DNA of 64,000 nucleotides from the human T2T-CHM13v2.0 reference genome, Homo sapiens. Every line of letters starts with the position of its first letter. Position 1 is the first letter of the stretch. The notes beneath the pieces are model-generated. The model saw only the letters and a program-made list of their open reading frames with translations, made no database searches and had not been told where the DNA came from. Below are positions 20,815 through 40,250 of this stretch, in pieces. Position numbers and translations under genes: made by a program. The stretch lies in assembly GCF_009914755.1 (NCBI RefSeq), contig NC_060939.1, one strand, 5' to 3'.

Positions 20815-21930
20815 CCTCTTCATCAAAGGAATGAGAACACAAGCCATAGACTGGGACAAAATATGTGCAAAAGACATATCTGATAAAAGACTTATCTAAA
20901 AAAAATAAAGAACCCTTAAAAGTCAACATAAAAAATGAACAATCTGATTTAAATAGGGGGAAAGGATCTGAACAGGTACCTCACCAAAGAAGATGGCCAA
21001 GAAGCATATGAAAAGATGCTCAACATCAAGATGCTCACTAGGAAATTGCAAATTAAAACGAGATACCACTACACACTTATTAGAATGGTAAAAAACCAAA
21101 ACACTGACAATACCAAATGCTAGTAAGGATGTGGAACAACAGAAACTCTCATTCATTGCTGGTAAAAATGCAAACTGGTGCAGCCACTTTGGAAGACAGT
21201 TTGGCAGTTGCTTATAAAACTAAACATAATCTTACCATACAATCTAGCAACTGCACTCCTTTGTACGTACCCAAATGAGTTGAAAACTTAGGTCCACACA
21301 AAAACCAGACGTCTACAGCAGGTTTATTCATAACTGCCAAAACTTGGAAGCAACCAAAATGTCCTTCAGTAAGTGAATAAATATTCATACAATGGAATCT
21401 TATTCAGCAGTAACAAGAAATGAGAATGACATGGAGGAACCTTGAATGCATATTACTTAGTGAAAAAAAAAAACAGTCTGAAAAGGCTACATGCTGTCTA
21501 ATCCCAACTATATGACACTCTGTTAAACGCAAAACTATAGAAACAGTAAAAAGATCAGTGACTGCCAGGGATTAGGAGAACAAAGCATAGAGGTTTTTTG
21601 TTGTTGTTGTTTTGTTTTTTCCAGGGGGAGTGGGGGCGGGGGCAGTGAAACTATTCTGTATGATATAATAATGGTAGATACCTGTCATTATCCATTTGTC
21701 CAAACCCATAGAAGGTACAACACAAAGAGTGAATCCTAATGTAAACTATGGACTCTGGGAAATGCTGATGTCAATGTAAATTCATTAATTGTAACAAATG
21801 GACAACTCTGGTGCTGTATGTTGACAGTGGAGGAGGTTGTGGGTGTGTGGACCAGGAAGACTCTCTGTACTTTCCATTGGATTTTGCTGTGAACCTAAAA
21901 CTGCTCTAAAACATAAAGTCTATTTTCAAA
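20815..21930 (+). mobile_element. Old L1M (L1MB/MC-like) 3' fragment
   Basis: L1 ORF2 end/3'UTR motifs (cagccactttggaagacagtttggcag; aaactatggactctggg). Confidence 0.8.
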
Positions 21931-22071
21931 AAATTTTATTTTTAGAGACAGTGTCTTTCTATGTTGCCCAGGCTGGCGTCCAATTCCTGGGCCCAAGGGA
22001 TCCTCCTGCCTCAGCCTCCTGAGTAGCTAGGACTACAGATGTGTACTACCACACAGGCCAAACTCTACTTA

Positions 22072-23521
<1,450 letters not shown>

Positions 23522-23905
23522 TGGCCCAGGAGTTTAAGACCAGCCTGGACAATACAGTAAGACCCTGTTTCTATGAAAGATAAAAATTAAAAAATTAGTC
23601 AGATGTGGTGGCGCATTCCCGTAGCCCCAGCTACTTGGAAGGCTGAGATGGAAGGATCATTTAAGCCTAGAAGGTTGAGGCTGCAGCGAGTCAAGATCAC
23701 ACCACTGCACTCCAGCCTGGGTGAGAGTAAGACTCTATTTCAAAAAAAAAAAAAAAAAATTGGGGGAAAAAATACAGCAATGATAAATGATTTTACACAA
23801 AACTAAAAAATGAAGTGATGTTTTTATCTAAAGAAAATCCTCGGCCAGGAGCGGTGGCTCACACCTGTAATCCCAGCACTTTGGGAGGCCGAGGCGGGCA
23901 GATCA

Positions 23906-24118
<213 letters not shown>

Positions 24119-25269
24119 TCAAAAAAAAAAAAGAAAGAAAGAAAGAAAGAAAATCCTCCGCTCTATTACTTTATCACTCAGTAACAATAGTTTAAGGCAC
24201 CTCAGTGTGCAAACATAATTTCACAGATATCCTTTCAGTGTTTTCCAGTCCTCTAACAAGATTAAACCTCTCCCAAACACCCTCTATGTTCTGTAACAAT
24301 GACCACACTTAAAATAATGTGTTTCTTCCTTAATCTGTTTGCATCACAAGGGCAGGGACTAGGTCTGTCTTGTTCTCCACTGTGAACTTGGTATCTACCT
24401 CTCTGGCACACAGTTGGCACTCAATGAATAGTAACTAAATGAAAACTTTTCTTAAAATTATCAAAAACTAAAAAGCAACTGTTTCCTCATTGATAATGTA
24501 ATCAACTAAACATGTATAAGGGTAACTAAACAGTACATAAACTGTTACATCACTAAAACAGACACACCATCATGCTTTTAGAGAAGTTCTCTATACTCTG
24601 TTTAGACTTGGTTGCAAATAGCAAAATATGAAGTTTTCTTTCTCATGCCAGCCACATACCCATATAAAGTTGACTGGCCTTTATAAGATAGTATACTTCT
24701 TGTGGGCAGGATTTAAAGAGGTTATCACCCTCTCTGCACCCTTTCAAAGCTAAATTTCTTGAAAATAATTTCCACAGACACCAACTCTTATTACCTCACC
24801 TTCCATTTTTTCAGTTACTCATGCAAACTGGCTTTCACCTTCACAACACTGAATCCAATCTTTCCAAAGTCACCAAAAACTTCATTATGGCTAAGTCCAA
24901 TGAACACATTTTGGTCCTTCTCTTTTTCAACCTCAATAGTTGTTTTTTTTTTTTTCTTGTGGGGGTGGGTATTTGTTTGAGACTGGGTCTTGCTTGCTAT
25001 GTTGCTCAGGCTGGTCTCCTGGACTCAAGTGATCCTCCTGCCTCAGCCACATGAGTAGCTGTGACTACAGGCACATGACACTGTGCCCAGCATCAGCCTC
25101 ATTTTTGACATTGTTTTTGCTTGTCAGTTTTTTAGAGTTCTTGCTGTGACTTGAACTGTATATTCACATAGTAAAGTACCACAGATGGTAGAAGAAGAAA
25201 AAAAGCTGGAATCTAACTCTCTACCCTTACAAACCCACTCATAACCTAAAGTAGTAAGAATGATTGTAA

Positions 25270-25581
<312 letters not shown>

Positions 25582-27079
25582 TGATCCACCCACCTCAGCC
25601 TCCCAAAGTGCTGGGATTACAGACATGAGCCACTGCACCCAGCCGGTTTTTTTGCTTCTTAATTAAAAAAAGAAAAACAGCAAGAATAAGCTATAAAATC
25701 TTTCTGAGTCATACCCAAAAGGATAATATATAAAGTCACCTATCCCTATTTTAACATACATTTTGTAATTTTTAAAATGTATATTTCTGTACTTTAAATA
25801 CTTCCTTTAATCCTTTTAGTAATAAAATATAGCAGCTTTTAATCATGACCAGAAATGTTATATGACATTGACTGTAATACTAAAAACACAGTCAATTTAC
25901 TTCACTTTAAGAAAGGACAAGACTCTTAGTAGACACATTGGCAGGCATCATAATTTTACTGAATTCACCTTATGCAATAAATTTTCTTTTAGAATCACAC
26001 CAAAATTGGCTCTCTTTCTTCTTTCAATAGAAATTAAAATTTGCATGCAAATTACAGAGTTCAATCTTATTCATCAATACTAGACAGAAAAGTGTCATGT
26101 TCCTTCACACCAGTTTCATAGCTTCTCAGTCCTGATAGATATTCCTTCCCACCTGACAATAAACACAGTAAAAAGAGTACTCAAATGACCTTGAAATTGT
26201 TGTTTCACTCACCACATAAATATTTTTCTGCATCTTCTTATTCTTCAATAAATCAATTTCAAGAGCAAATTAATAAATAACAATAATTAGGATTAATATC
26301 CCTGCAAGAATATTAACTAACTGCAAATGCCTACCTATTTTCCTCTTGGTGTGTTCTCTAGCTCTTTATTATAGATATAAAAACTATCTTTGTTAACAGA
26401 TGACTTTAAAGACCATTGCCACACACATAAGGATGAAAGACTTTACTCAATGGCACAAATCAGTCAGAACTAAAAATGGAACTTAGATACCAAATGCAAG
26501 TCATTGAACTTATATCCTAATAGTTTAACAAAGTGGTTTAAAAGAATACATAAAATTTACCATCTTAACCTTTTTTTTTTTTTTTGAAACAGCGTCTCAC
26601 TCTGTTGCCCAGGCCGGAGGGCAGTGGTGCTACCTGGGCTCAATGCAGCCTCAAATGCCCAGGTTCAAGCAAGTCTCGTGCCTCAGCCTCCCAAGTAGCT
26701 GGGACTACAGGTGTGAACCATGGCGCCTGGCTAATTTTTTTTTTGGTAGAGATGGGGTTTCGCCATGTTGCGCAGGCTGGTCTCGAACTCCTGAGCTCAG
26801 GTGATCCATCTGCCTCAGCCTCCCAAAGTGCTGGGATTACAGGTGTCAGCCACCATGGTTGGCCCCATCTTAACCATTTTTAAGTGTTAAGTGTTAACTA
26901 TATGCACATCGTTAACAGTTTATGGTAATCTTTTAACTGTAATTCCTAACTTTATTTTTTTAAATATGGTTTTGGAAATGTATCCTCTTCCTAAATGCAT
27001 TAATGGTTAGCTACAGAACATTTTTTTTTTAATTTCAAGAGTGGGGACTTGAGATAAGCTATTTTGACTTTGTGATATC

Positions 27080-28130
27080 ACAAACATATATATGTAAACA
27101 AACAGGAGTCAGATTGAATGGGCCCCACTTTACAAACATGAGACAACTTCAGCATAAGGTAGAAATGTATTATCCTAAATAAGGATCCATGTATCCATAA
27201 ATCCATAAATATGCAAGAAGATAATGTTCTTCCTTATAGTAGAATAACTAAAAAATGTACGAAGGTATCATGGAAATAGAAAATCACCATTTTGCATCAT
27301 AGTAATCATTTCTCAGGCAAAAATCATCAACAGATGCTAAGACTGGGTAAAAGTCTGATGAGAAATAGGAGAGTCACATAGTCTCAATGAATCGCCTCAC
27401 AAATTAGTTAAAAATTACAAAAGGAGGAGTATTAACTTGACAGTGGAGAAACCTGGCAAACAACACTTTGGCTAAGTAACTAAAGTCAGCATTACCACTA
27501 ATGGGATAAACCAACATTAAGTACCTGCTAATATGATGCACGGGGAACACAATACCACTTTTGTGATATTCCCACCAAGAATACATGACCTGAATCTAAT
27601 CATGAGGAAACACCAGACAAACCCAAATTGAGTGACAGTCTGGAAAATAGAAGGCCTGTACTCTTCAAATACACCAATGTCATCAAACCCAAAGGAAGGC
27701 TGAGGAACCTTTCTAACAGAGTAAAGAGACATGAAAACCACTTGCAGGACATCTAGAGTATCTTAGACCAGAATAAGGAAAATTGCTATAAACTGTACTA
27801 ATGGGACAACTGGCAAAATTGAACATCCATAGATTAGAAAACAGTATTTTATGGTGAAACTTCCAGATATTGCCAATTACAGTGTAGTTAGAAAGTGAAC
27901 CTCTTTGTTCTTTTAAAATATCACTCAATTATTTAGGAGTAAAGGGCACATTTGCAACATACTTTCAAATGGTTCAGAAAGATAGTATTATGTATATATG
28001 TGGAAAGATAAAGCAAATGTGTCAAACTGCTAACATGCTGGGAAAACCAGGGGAAGGGTTTTGAGATTTCTTTGTACTATTCTTGCAACTTTTCTATAAG
28101 TGCAACTATTTCAAAATTTAAAAAGTTAAA
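27080..28130 (+). mobile_element. L1MC-like 3' UTR fragment
   Basis: aatctaatcatgaggaaacaccagacaaacccaaattgag motif; ends tgtactattcttgcaacttttct. Confidence 0.7.
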
Positions 28131-28235
28131 TACAGGTATATGTCCCTATTAATATATGGGTCCACTTTAGAAGTGTTGCCACCATTTCTTTTATGCTAGA
28201 AATCCAAATCTCTCCAACATTCTTAATGACTTTAA

Positions 28236-28693
<458 letters not shown>

Positions 28694-29029
28694 TCATTCC
28701 ATTTTTTTCTGTTAGCTCTACAAAATTACTGAGTCCTAAATTCCATCCCCCACCACAATTATAATTTCACTTAGGCCAGACTTGTAATCTGTCCACAAAA
28801 CTGTTTTCCAACTGCTGCATAGAGCAGCATTCTTCTGGCTCAGGTTCCTGGAATTTCCCCAAATTCATGACTTTCACTTGTTTATGTCTAGATCCCCAAC
28901 CGGGAGAAAACATGTCCTGAGGGGAAGACAGGACACTAACCTGAAAGACATGGGTTTGAACTCTTTAGGGGAGGGGAGGGTCAGAACTTTTTATTAAACA
29001 AGGAATACGCACAAGAAAAAAGATGTCTA

Positions 29030-29390
<361 letters not shown>

Positions 29391-29929
29391 CTAGAAAGAG
29401 CTCCAGCTATGCCTCAGAGAGAAAAATCCCAGGAGTGGATGGGAAAATATCCATGCACAGAAAAAAAAAAAAAAAAAAAAAAAAAAGGAGAAAAGGTACA
29501 AACCATCAGGTAAGTTTCTGACCCAAGTTTACCAATCTTGTTTCTCATTTCACCTAAATGTAAACTAGGAAAACTACACAATCCACAATATAAATTATTG
29601 TTACTTGACTTGTGACTGGTCAGTCTCCAAATACTCCTTTCCCACAGCATGAGAAGGAAAATATGTTTCCTATCAGTCCTTCTCACAACCGAAGAGAGAA
29701 ATGTGGTTTGTCACTAATGAAACACTGAAAATGTACCACTGTCACCAGTTAACCTAATCTACAATCTGCTGGTTAAAAGCAGGTCAGCCTGAAGCATATA
29801 AAAAGACGTCTGCCTTTCAAAACTGGCTAAAGCTGTCAAATCGGATCGCAGGTTTTACAAATACAATCACCTAAATTCAGCCCTGCTCCATAAACCAGAA
29901 AGCAGAACCAGCTTCCATAACTGGCCACG

Positions 29930-30860
29930 CAGCCTCCCACCCCACCCCACCCCCGCCCTTGACAGTGAGTGGGTCGGAGTAGCCACGATGCGCCCAAAGT
30001 GTTTAATTCTTCCAGAAATGCCGGCCTCCGGGAGGAATCTAGGTTTGAAACTTTCCCCAACAGGGCATTCCCCGGTGACATTTTGCTCCCTCGGGTGTGG
30101 AGCAAGTGTGGAGGACCTGGCGGCCCGAAAGTGCCCAGAGTGACCGACAAAGGTGGGAAACGGCAGGGCAGAGAGTGGGCCAGAAGAAGGGGCAGCAGAC
30201 GCGCAAATTCACATCATTCGGGGTCACCCTGACCCCAAACCTCTGACTTCTGCCCCGAACTGGCGTTCCGCAGGGAGTCCAGGGTAGGCCCCAGAACTTT
30301 GGACCCAAGTCCCAGGCGGGGACCGGCCTGCGGGCGCGAGGGCTGGTCGAATCTGAGGGGGCCAGTGATCTTTGCAAGACCCCATAGGGACGGCGGGTTG
30401 ACGGGGGGCCGTCCCTGGGTTCGCCTTCCCAGTCCGGACTCACCGCCCGCCGGAGCTGCCCCGGAGCCGCCGCTCGGAACATGGTCTCCGCTTCCGCCGC
30501 AACCTCGGCCTTACAGCAGCCCCGTGCCCGGCCAACTGGCGCCGCCTCAGCCAGTCACCTAATGCTCGCGAGACGCGCGAACGAGATAAGACGCCCTAGG
30601 CCGGGAGCACGAGCCCGCGGTTTCCGCCTGCCCATTGGGCGGCTGCGCAGCCAATAGACGGCGGGAAGTTAGGGGCTAGACTGGGAAGTGGGGCAAAGGT
30701 GAGGCTATTCCCCGGGGACCTTCGAGTAAGCCCGGGCCGCGGAGCGGCAGAGACAAAGCTGGCCACCCGCTGATGACCGAGCTCAGACTGTACTGTCTCA
30801 CAGCCCCGCAATGGTCAGCACTGCTAGAGTGAACTTCAAAACTGAGCTGACCTCGGGGTA
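29930..30860 (-). promoter_or_regulatory. ETFA: ETFA CpG-island promoter
   Basis: High CpG density around the ATG; CGCG-element-like GCTCGCGAGA (30564-30573); opposed CCAAT boxes (30634, 30651) around a GC box; DR1 element at 30686-30702; no TATA box seen. Confidence 0.85.
30444..30482 (-). CDS. ETFA: ETFA exon 1 coding part (MFRAAAPGQLRRA, mitochondrial presequence)
   Basis: gagaccATG start, 39 nt, donor GCG|gtgagt at 30443. Confidence 0.97.
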
Positions 30861-30995
30861 AGGTACGAGTGGAGCCTTGCCAATTCCAATTAGATACCTT
30901 TCCTATATGCCCCTATTTCCCCCTGTATTTCCCCATGGTAGCAATTGTCACATGGGTTGTAATAACCTAAGTACTTGTCTGTGTCACCCATCTGA

Positions 30996-31367
<372 letters not shown>

Positions 31368-31559
31368 AGTATGCCCTACTTTTAAATTTTGTGTCTACCT
31401 GCAACACCTAGCACAATGCCTGGTCCATACTAGGCATTCAATCAGTATGTGTTGAATGAATAAGCAAATGAATAAATGACTGCTAATGAGTCTGGACTTT
31501 AACACGAAATTTTTAAGAGGGAAGTGGTATGTTCAGAAATTGTCTCAATTCCCAATTCA

Positions 31560-32579
<1,020 letters not shown>

Positions 32580-33260
32580 TGACATTTCTTTTGTAAGCTC
32601 TTTCTCAATTCTGCAGGATGAATTAATCCTTTCCTCTTCTTCACTCTTGTAGCTCTATGAACAAGGAGGTGAGGACCCATCTTAAACTTAAGTTGCACCC
32701 ACTTCGAACACGTCTGAACTCATGTTGCCGACAGAGCTGTGGACCCCTGTCCCCCAGTCAATCTGCCTGTGGGAGGGGCAATTTAGTATTCCATGTCTCA
32801 CTGCATTTACCTCCTAACCAGTCCCACACTGGACTAGAATCTGAGACCTATGGGAGTGGAAGGAAGAGGGAAGGGTACTTTTAGTAAAAACAGAAAAGGA
32901 TATTTTACTAAAAACCATATAAAAAACTGGGATACAAACTAACCTCCTTCCCTACCTCCCCACCCATGACAAAGCGAAATACAAGGGGAGAGCGGCTGCC
33001 CCGCCCTGCCCCCACTGGGCAGATTCAACAGCTCCCAGGCTTGGGCAAATCAGCAGCAGCTGTTCACCCCAGAGTCTCGTTGCCCCTGGGGGTTCCTGGT
33101 GGAGCAGTTCAGAGCAGAGGGAGAGGCTAAAAATGGGCAAAGTCTGTGACACCTGACCAGACCTGTTCTGATCACACATGAAACGCCCCCTGAGGCTTTG
33201 GGATGTATCAGGGTTCTACAATCACAACCAGGTTATGTACCACAGAAATGTGTGTGCTAA

Positions 33261-33729
<469 letters not shown>

Positions 33730-34120
33730 TAGGTGCAATGGCTCACACCTGTAATCCTAGCAATTTGGGAGGCCGAGGCGGGCGGATCACTTGAGGTCAG
33801 GAGTTCAAGACCAGCCTGGTCAACATGGCGAGACCCTCCCCCCACCTTCACTACTAAAAATACAAAAATTAGCCGGGTGTGGTAGCATGTTCTTATAATA
33901 CCACCTACCCCTGCAGCTAAGGCATGAGAATCACTTGAACCTGGGAGGCAGAGGTTGCAGTGAGCCAAGATTACACCACTGTACTCCAGCCCGGATGACA
34001 GAGCAAGACTCCATCTCAAACAAAAAAAAAAAAAAAAAAAAGAAAGAAAGTAAATATTTGTCCAAAGAAGAAAGGGCAGAAAAGAGAGGGTGGAGGAAGG
34101 AGGATTCAAGGACTACCACA

Positions 34121-37100
34121 GTCAACCCTTGAAGATGACTCCAGCATATTTGGAGCAACACCTCTTTCTTCTCCACAGGCCAATTTCAGGAGCAGCTCCT
34201 CCAGGATTCCTGCTGGAAACTTAGAAGAGAAAGGTCCCTGGGACCAACTACAGCCCTAGCTGCTGCAACTTTCTGGGGGTCACAATGGTACTTATCGTCT
34301 CCTTCCTCAGTATCCATTCTAAATCTCCCCCTCCCTCAGCTAGCACCTCCCCTGGTTTGAGTGGCTAATGCCTCCATCCTGCCTCGTGGACTGAAGATCT
34401 CAACCCCTGACCAGCATGCCCTTCCCAAGCCTGTTTATTGTCATAATTGGGCAATGGAGGACTCAGAGGCACCCAAGTAGGTTACTCTTAGCCAAGATGA
34501 CTCCCCTTCTGGTCTTCTGGTCCCTGCATACAAGGTGCCCAGGTGGCAGCTGTAGCTTATAGCTCAGAGGACCCTTGCTGTGTCCTCTGGTGAAAGATTC
34601 CCCTTTGGGGACAAAGACCTCTAACCCTGCAGGTCCCAGCACTATATAAAGGTCTTTGGTTCAAGGAGTATCCTAGAAGATGAACCCCACCCTTATCAAG
34701 TGCTGTCTCCAAGCTGCTGCTTCCAGTGGGCCTTCAGCAGCCATTCCGATATCCTGTCAGGCTGGCAGTGTCTGGATGATCCAGCCTGTGAATCGCTTAG
34801 GGAATCCTCTGATCACGGACTCATTTCTGCACCTCCATTGCAGTAAATTGGGTCCCTGGCCTGATGGATGTTATGTGGGATCCTGTGACAGTGAATCAGA
34901 TACTCGATAAGCCCTCAAATAGTGGTGCTGACTAAGGTCCTGAGAACAGGAAAGGTAAACAGTACCCAGAATATATGCGTTTTCTTGACATGGTGAATCT
35001 CGACTTTTTCCAGATGAAAGGGGTTCCATGTGGTTAGGATGAATCTTGCCTTTTCCAAGATAGAAGGGGTTCCATGTTGTCAACTTGCACCGTGGAGCCA
35101 GCTGGTCTTCTGGAGGAATGGTGCCATATTGGGGGCTCATTCAGCAGTGGCAGTAGCTCAATCAGGCTTCGTAAGTGGGAGCCCATGCTATTAGGCTCCT
35201 GCTGCCTCTGTCTCTGCCACTGTAGTCATTTCATGCATGTGCCCTTAGTACCAGCACTAGGTGGCTGATGACAGAGGCCGACTAAGGTCAACTGGCCCAG
35301 ATATTTTTGTCCTCTTAGTTACATGGTGGCTTTTCAATGGTGGATGGTTTCTGGTGGGTGTTAACATGTAATACAAACATCTTCATACTTGGTGCCCACT
35401 CCAGACACCTATCCTCATGCCCCTACCCCAGACCTCCCTGTCCCCCATCTTCCATTCCAACCTTTCTTCTTCCGGGGCCCTGGCTAGCCAGGTAGGCCAT
35501 TCCTCACTGCCACTGAGTACATAGATATTCTGTGCTTGAGATGCCTCTCTGTGCAGGAAGAGTGGATGGCCAAGTGCACCTCCTGAAGCTCTGCCCATGG
35601 AGATTTTTCTTCACCATTGTCTTTCAAGGCTGTCCCTAAGTGGGGCTATAGTGCAACTGCCATCTATTTTCAGCTTGAACTCACATACTGAGCAGACCCT
35701 CCATTGACCAAGTATAGGATTTTTCCTCCTCTTGTCAGCTGGTCATAAAGGATCCTACCTACAACCAGAAGGGTGCACCAGGGGAGGTGTGTTGAGGTAG
35801 TAGTGGTGTTCATGGGGGTCTAGGCTGCCAGCTCGTGGAACTTGCTTGTACCTTCTGGTCTTACTTATTTTAAGTCCCAGATGTACCAGTTCCATCCTAG
35901 GATGCATTGTTACTGACTGCCTGGTATTGTGACTCGGTGGGTTTGGCAGAACCCAGCTCATGATGGGTAATTCCTGGCATATGGTCACTTGGTGTCTATG
36001 ATCAGGTCAGTAGCACACCAGGAGTTTTTCTCAAAAGGCACATAAGTCTCCACTGCAGATGGCATGGCCTTGCTCCAATACTGCAGGGGCCTGTGTTGTC
36101 ATTCTCCCAGTAGAGCTCGTCATCAACTCCACACAGCATCTTTTCCTACCACTAACACTAACACCGTCTATGGAAGCACAAATGACCAAGTAGCAGACTG
36201 CCTGGACCTGCTGTATAACCTTTTTATGCTCTGAGCTCCAGTTAATGCTGGGAGCCTTTTATGTCACCTGCACTGATGGCATGGGTTGGAGCAGTATTTC
36301 CAGATGTGGAATATACTGTGTCCAGAACCCAAAGAGGCCTATCAGGCCTTAACACTTCTTTCTACATGGTGGGAGGTGCAAGATGCAATAATTTATCTTT
36401 TTCTTTGGATGAGATATCCTGGAATGCCCTAACTCTGGACCCCTAAACATCTTATGTGGGAGACCCCTGAATCTTTGCAGGATTTATCTCCTACCCTCTA
36501 GAATGTGGTCGCTTGGTGTCTATGATCAGGCCAGTAGCACACCAGAATTTTTTCCCAAAAGGCACGTAAGTCTCCGCTGCAGATGGCATGGCCTTGCTCC
36601 AGTACTGCAGGGGCCTGTGTTGTCATTCTCCAAGGCCTCTAATGTGCTATCCACTTTTTTCCACCCAGCTGAATCAATGTAATGTCATTGATGTAAAAGA
36701 TCAATGCGATGTTCTACAGTATGTCCAGATGGTCCAGACCTCTTCAGGCTGTATTGTGATTGATAGATGCTGAAAGTTAACATAGCCCTGGGGCAAAACT
36801 GTGATTGTAGACTGTTGTTTGTTCCATGTGAATGCATACTGTTTCTGATCCACTTTTCTCCTAGGGCTAGAAGAGAACCAATTCACCAAATCAATGTCCA
36901 CATAAAATGTACCTGGGGCTGTGTTAATCTGCTCTAGCAAAGATACCAAAACCGGTGTGGTGGCGGCAATAGGGCTACTACTTCTGTGGGTTTGTGATAG
37001 TCTACTGTCATCTTCCAGGTTCCGTCTGGTTCCTGGAGGGACAATACTAGTGAGATAAAGAGGAATAATGATCCTTGAAGGTTAGAACCTTGAAGTTTGC
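34121..37100 (-). mobile_element. Decayed ERV-L class internal region (RT, RNase H, integrase, dUTPase-like; ERV3-16A3/ERVL-like)
   Basis: ORF 36701..36949 VSLLEQINTAPGTFYVDIDL...LPQGYVN matches ERV-L RT; catalytic motif decayed to YIND (~36684-36695); integrase-like QVDNMEPL near 35070; KLQLPPGHL near 34545; PPT/LTR junction AAGGGTTGAC|TGTGGTAG at 34130-34113. Confidence 0.85.
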
Positions 37101-37492
37101 CTCATTGTGTGCTGTCAAGGAGGTCCTCTAGCTTTTATACATGGTTCTCAATTGCCTGTTAATCATTCCTACTCCTTTGTAATTTTTTATCAAGGGCATG
37201 GAGCTTAGCAATTGCCACCCAATGTCATTGTCTTTACTATTTCCCCCATATTCCCTTCCACAAGCATCCCATCCCAATTTGCCACTAGTGCAAGTCTTAA
37301 GAATTGGATATCACCTTATGCCAAAGGCTTGTTCCAGCTACCAGCAGGGTTTGGGTCCTCAGTGCCAGTCTGGTAAAAAGTAATGCAGCTCCAAACCCCC
37401 ATCTTACCACCTGTTTTCTCAACCACTCCCACACTCCTGCTTTCTCTTGGATGCAAGATCGAGACAAGTTCAGAATACATCATGATAGATAG

Positions 37493-37582
37493 GGGGTGCC
37501 CTTAGGAGCCACACCTGTGTGAGGGATGAGACAGCGGAACTGGGCAGAAGCAGTAGCTGGGCTGATATGCAGGCCTGAACAA
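37493..37582 (-). mobile_element. LTR16/ERVL-like LTR fragment
   Basis: Resembles the LTR16-family segment tgccctt...acacctgtg...tgggcaga...tgcaggcc from memory; lies next to the ERV-L internal remnant. Confidence 0.45.
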
Positions 37583-37759
37583 TAATCCAGTGGAATGTGA
37601 ATTATTCTGTTTTTAATTGTGTTTTTTAATGCAATAACAGTATAGCTATGCTAAAAGAATATGATATTTGTTGACAGACTAAGCACTCACCACAGTATTT
37701 CCAGCTCACAGGAAAACAACCATCCAAAAAACTTAGAAAATTTAAAATGGAATATATGT

Positions 37760-38350
<591 letters not shown>

Positions 38351-39034
38351 TTAGGCCAGGTGTGATGGTTCATGCCTATAATCCCAGCACTTTGGGAGGC
38401 TGAGGTGGGAGGATCACTTGAAGCCGGGAGTTAGAGACCTGTCTGGCCAACATGGCGAAACCCCATCTCTACAAAAAATTAGCCAGGCATGGTAGTATGC
38501 ACCTGTGGTCCTAGCTACTCGGGAAGGTGAGGTGGGAGGAGGAGCCCAGGAGTTCAGGGTTACAGTGAGCTAGGACTGTGCCACTGCACTCCAGCTTGGG
38601 TAACAGAGTGAGACCCTGCCAAAAGAGAAAAAAAAGCATGCTAGTGCCTTGAGGGCCTTTGCACTTGCTGTTCTTTCTGTTTAGAAAGCTTTTGCTCCAG
38701 ATCTTCTACATGGTTTGCTGCCGCTCTTCATTCAGGTCTTAGCTTCAATACTACTATACCCCCTGGGATGGGCTTTTCCTGACCACCTTCCATATTTCTT
38801 CCATTCCCTTACTATGTTTAATTTTTCAGAGCAAGGACTTTGTTCTATTCACTGTTGTATCCCTGGCACCTAGAACAATGTCTGGTACCTGCAGGTACTC
38901 AATGCATACTTCATGAATGAACAAATGAATGAGTGGATGACCGGATGAGCAGATGCACTTATGAAACCTCAGATTGGCCTGCACTTCTCTCTCCCCGTTC
39001 CTCACCCCTCTGGCATTTGCTGCTTTTGTTTGAT

Positions 39035-40250
<1,216 letters not shown>

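Noticed and set aside
29461-29515. Orphan A26 tract and a perfect plus-strand donor CAG|GTAAGT (processed pseudogene tail or antisense exon)
   Set aside because: No TSD, no upstream poly(A) signal and no matching acceptor found; compatible with chance.
34121-37100. Domesticated or intact retroviral gene
   Set aside because: Multiple stops and frameshifts, the catalytic motif is YIND, and RT is interrupted by a duplication.
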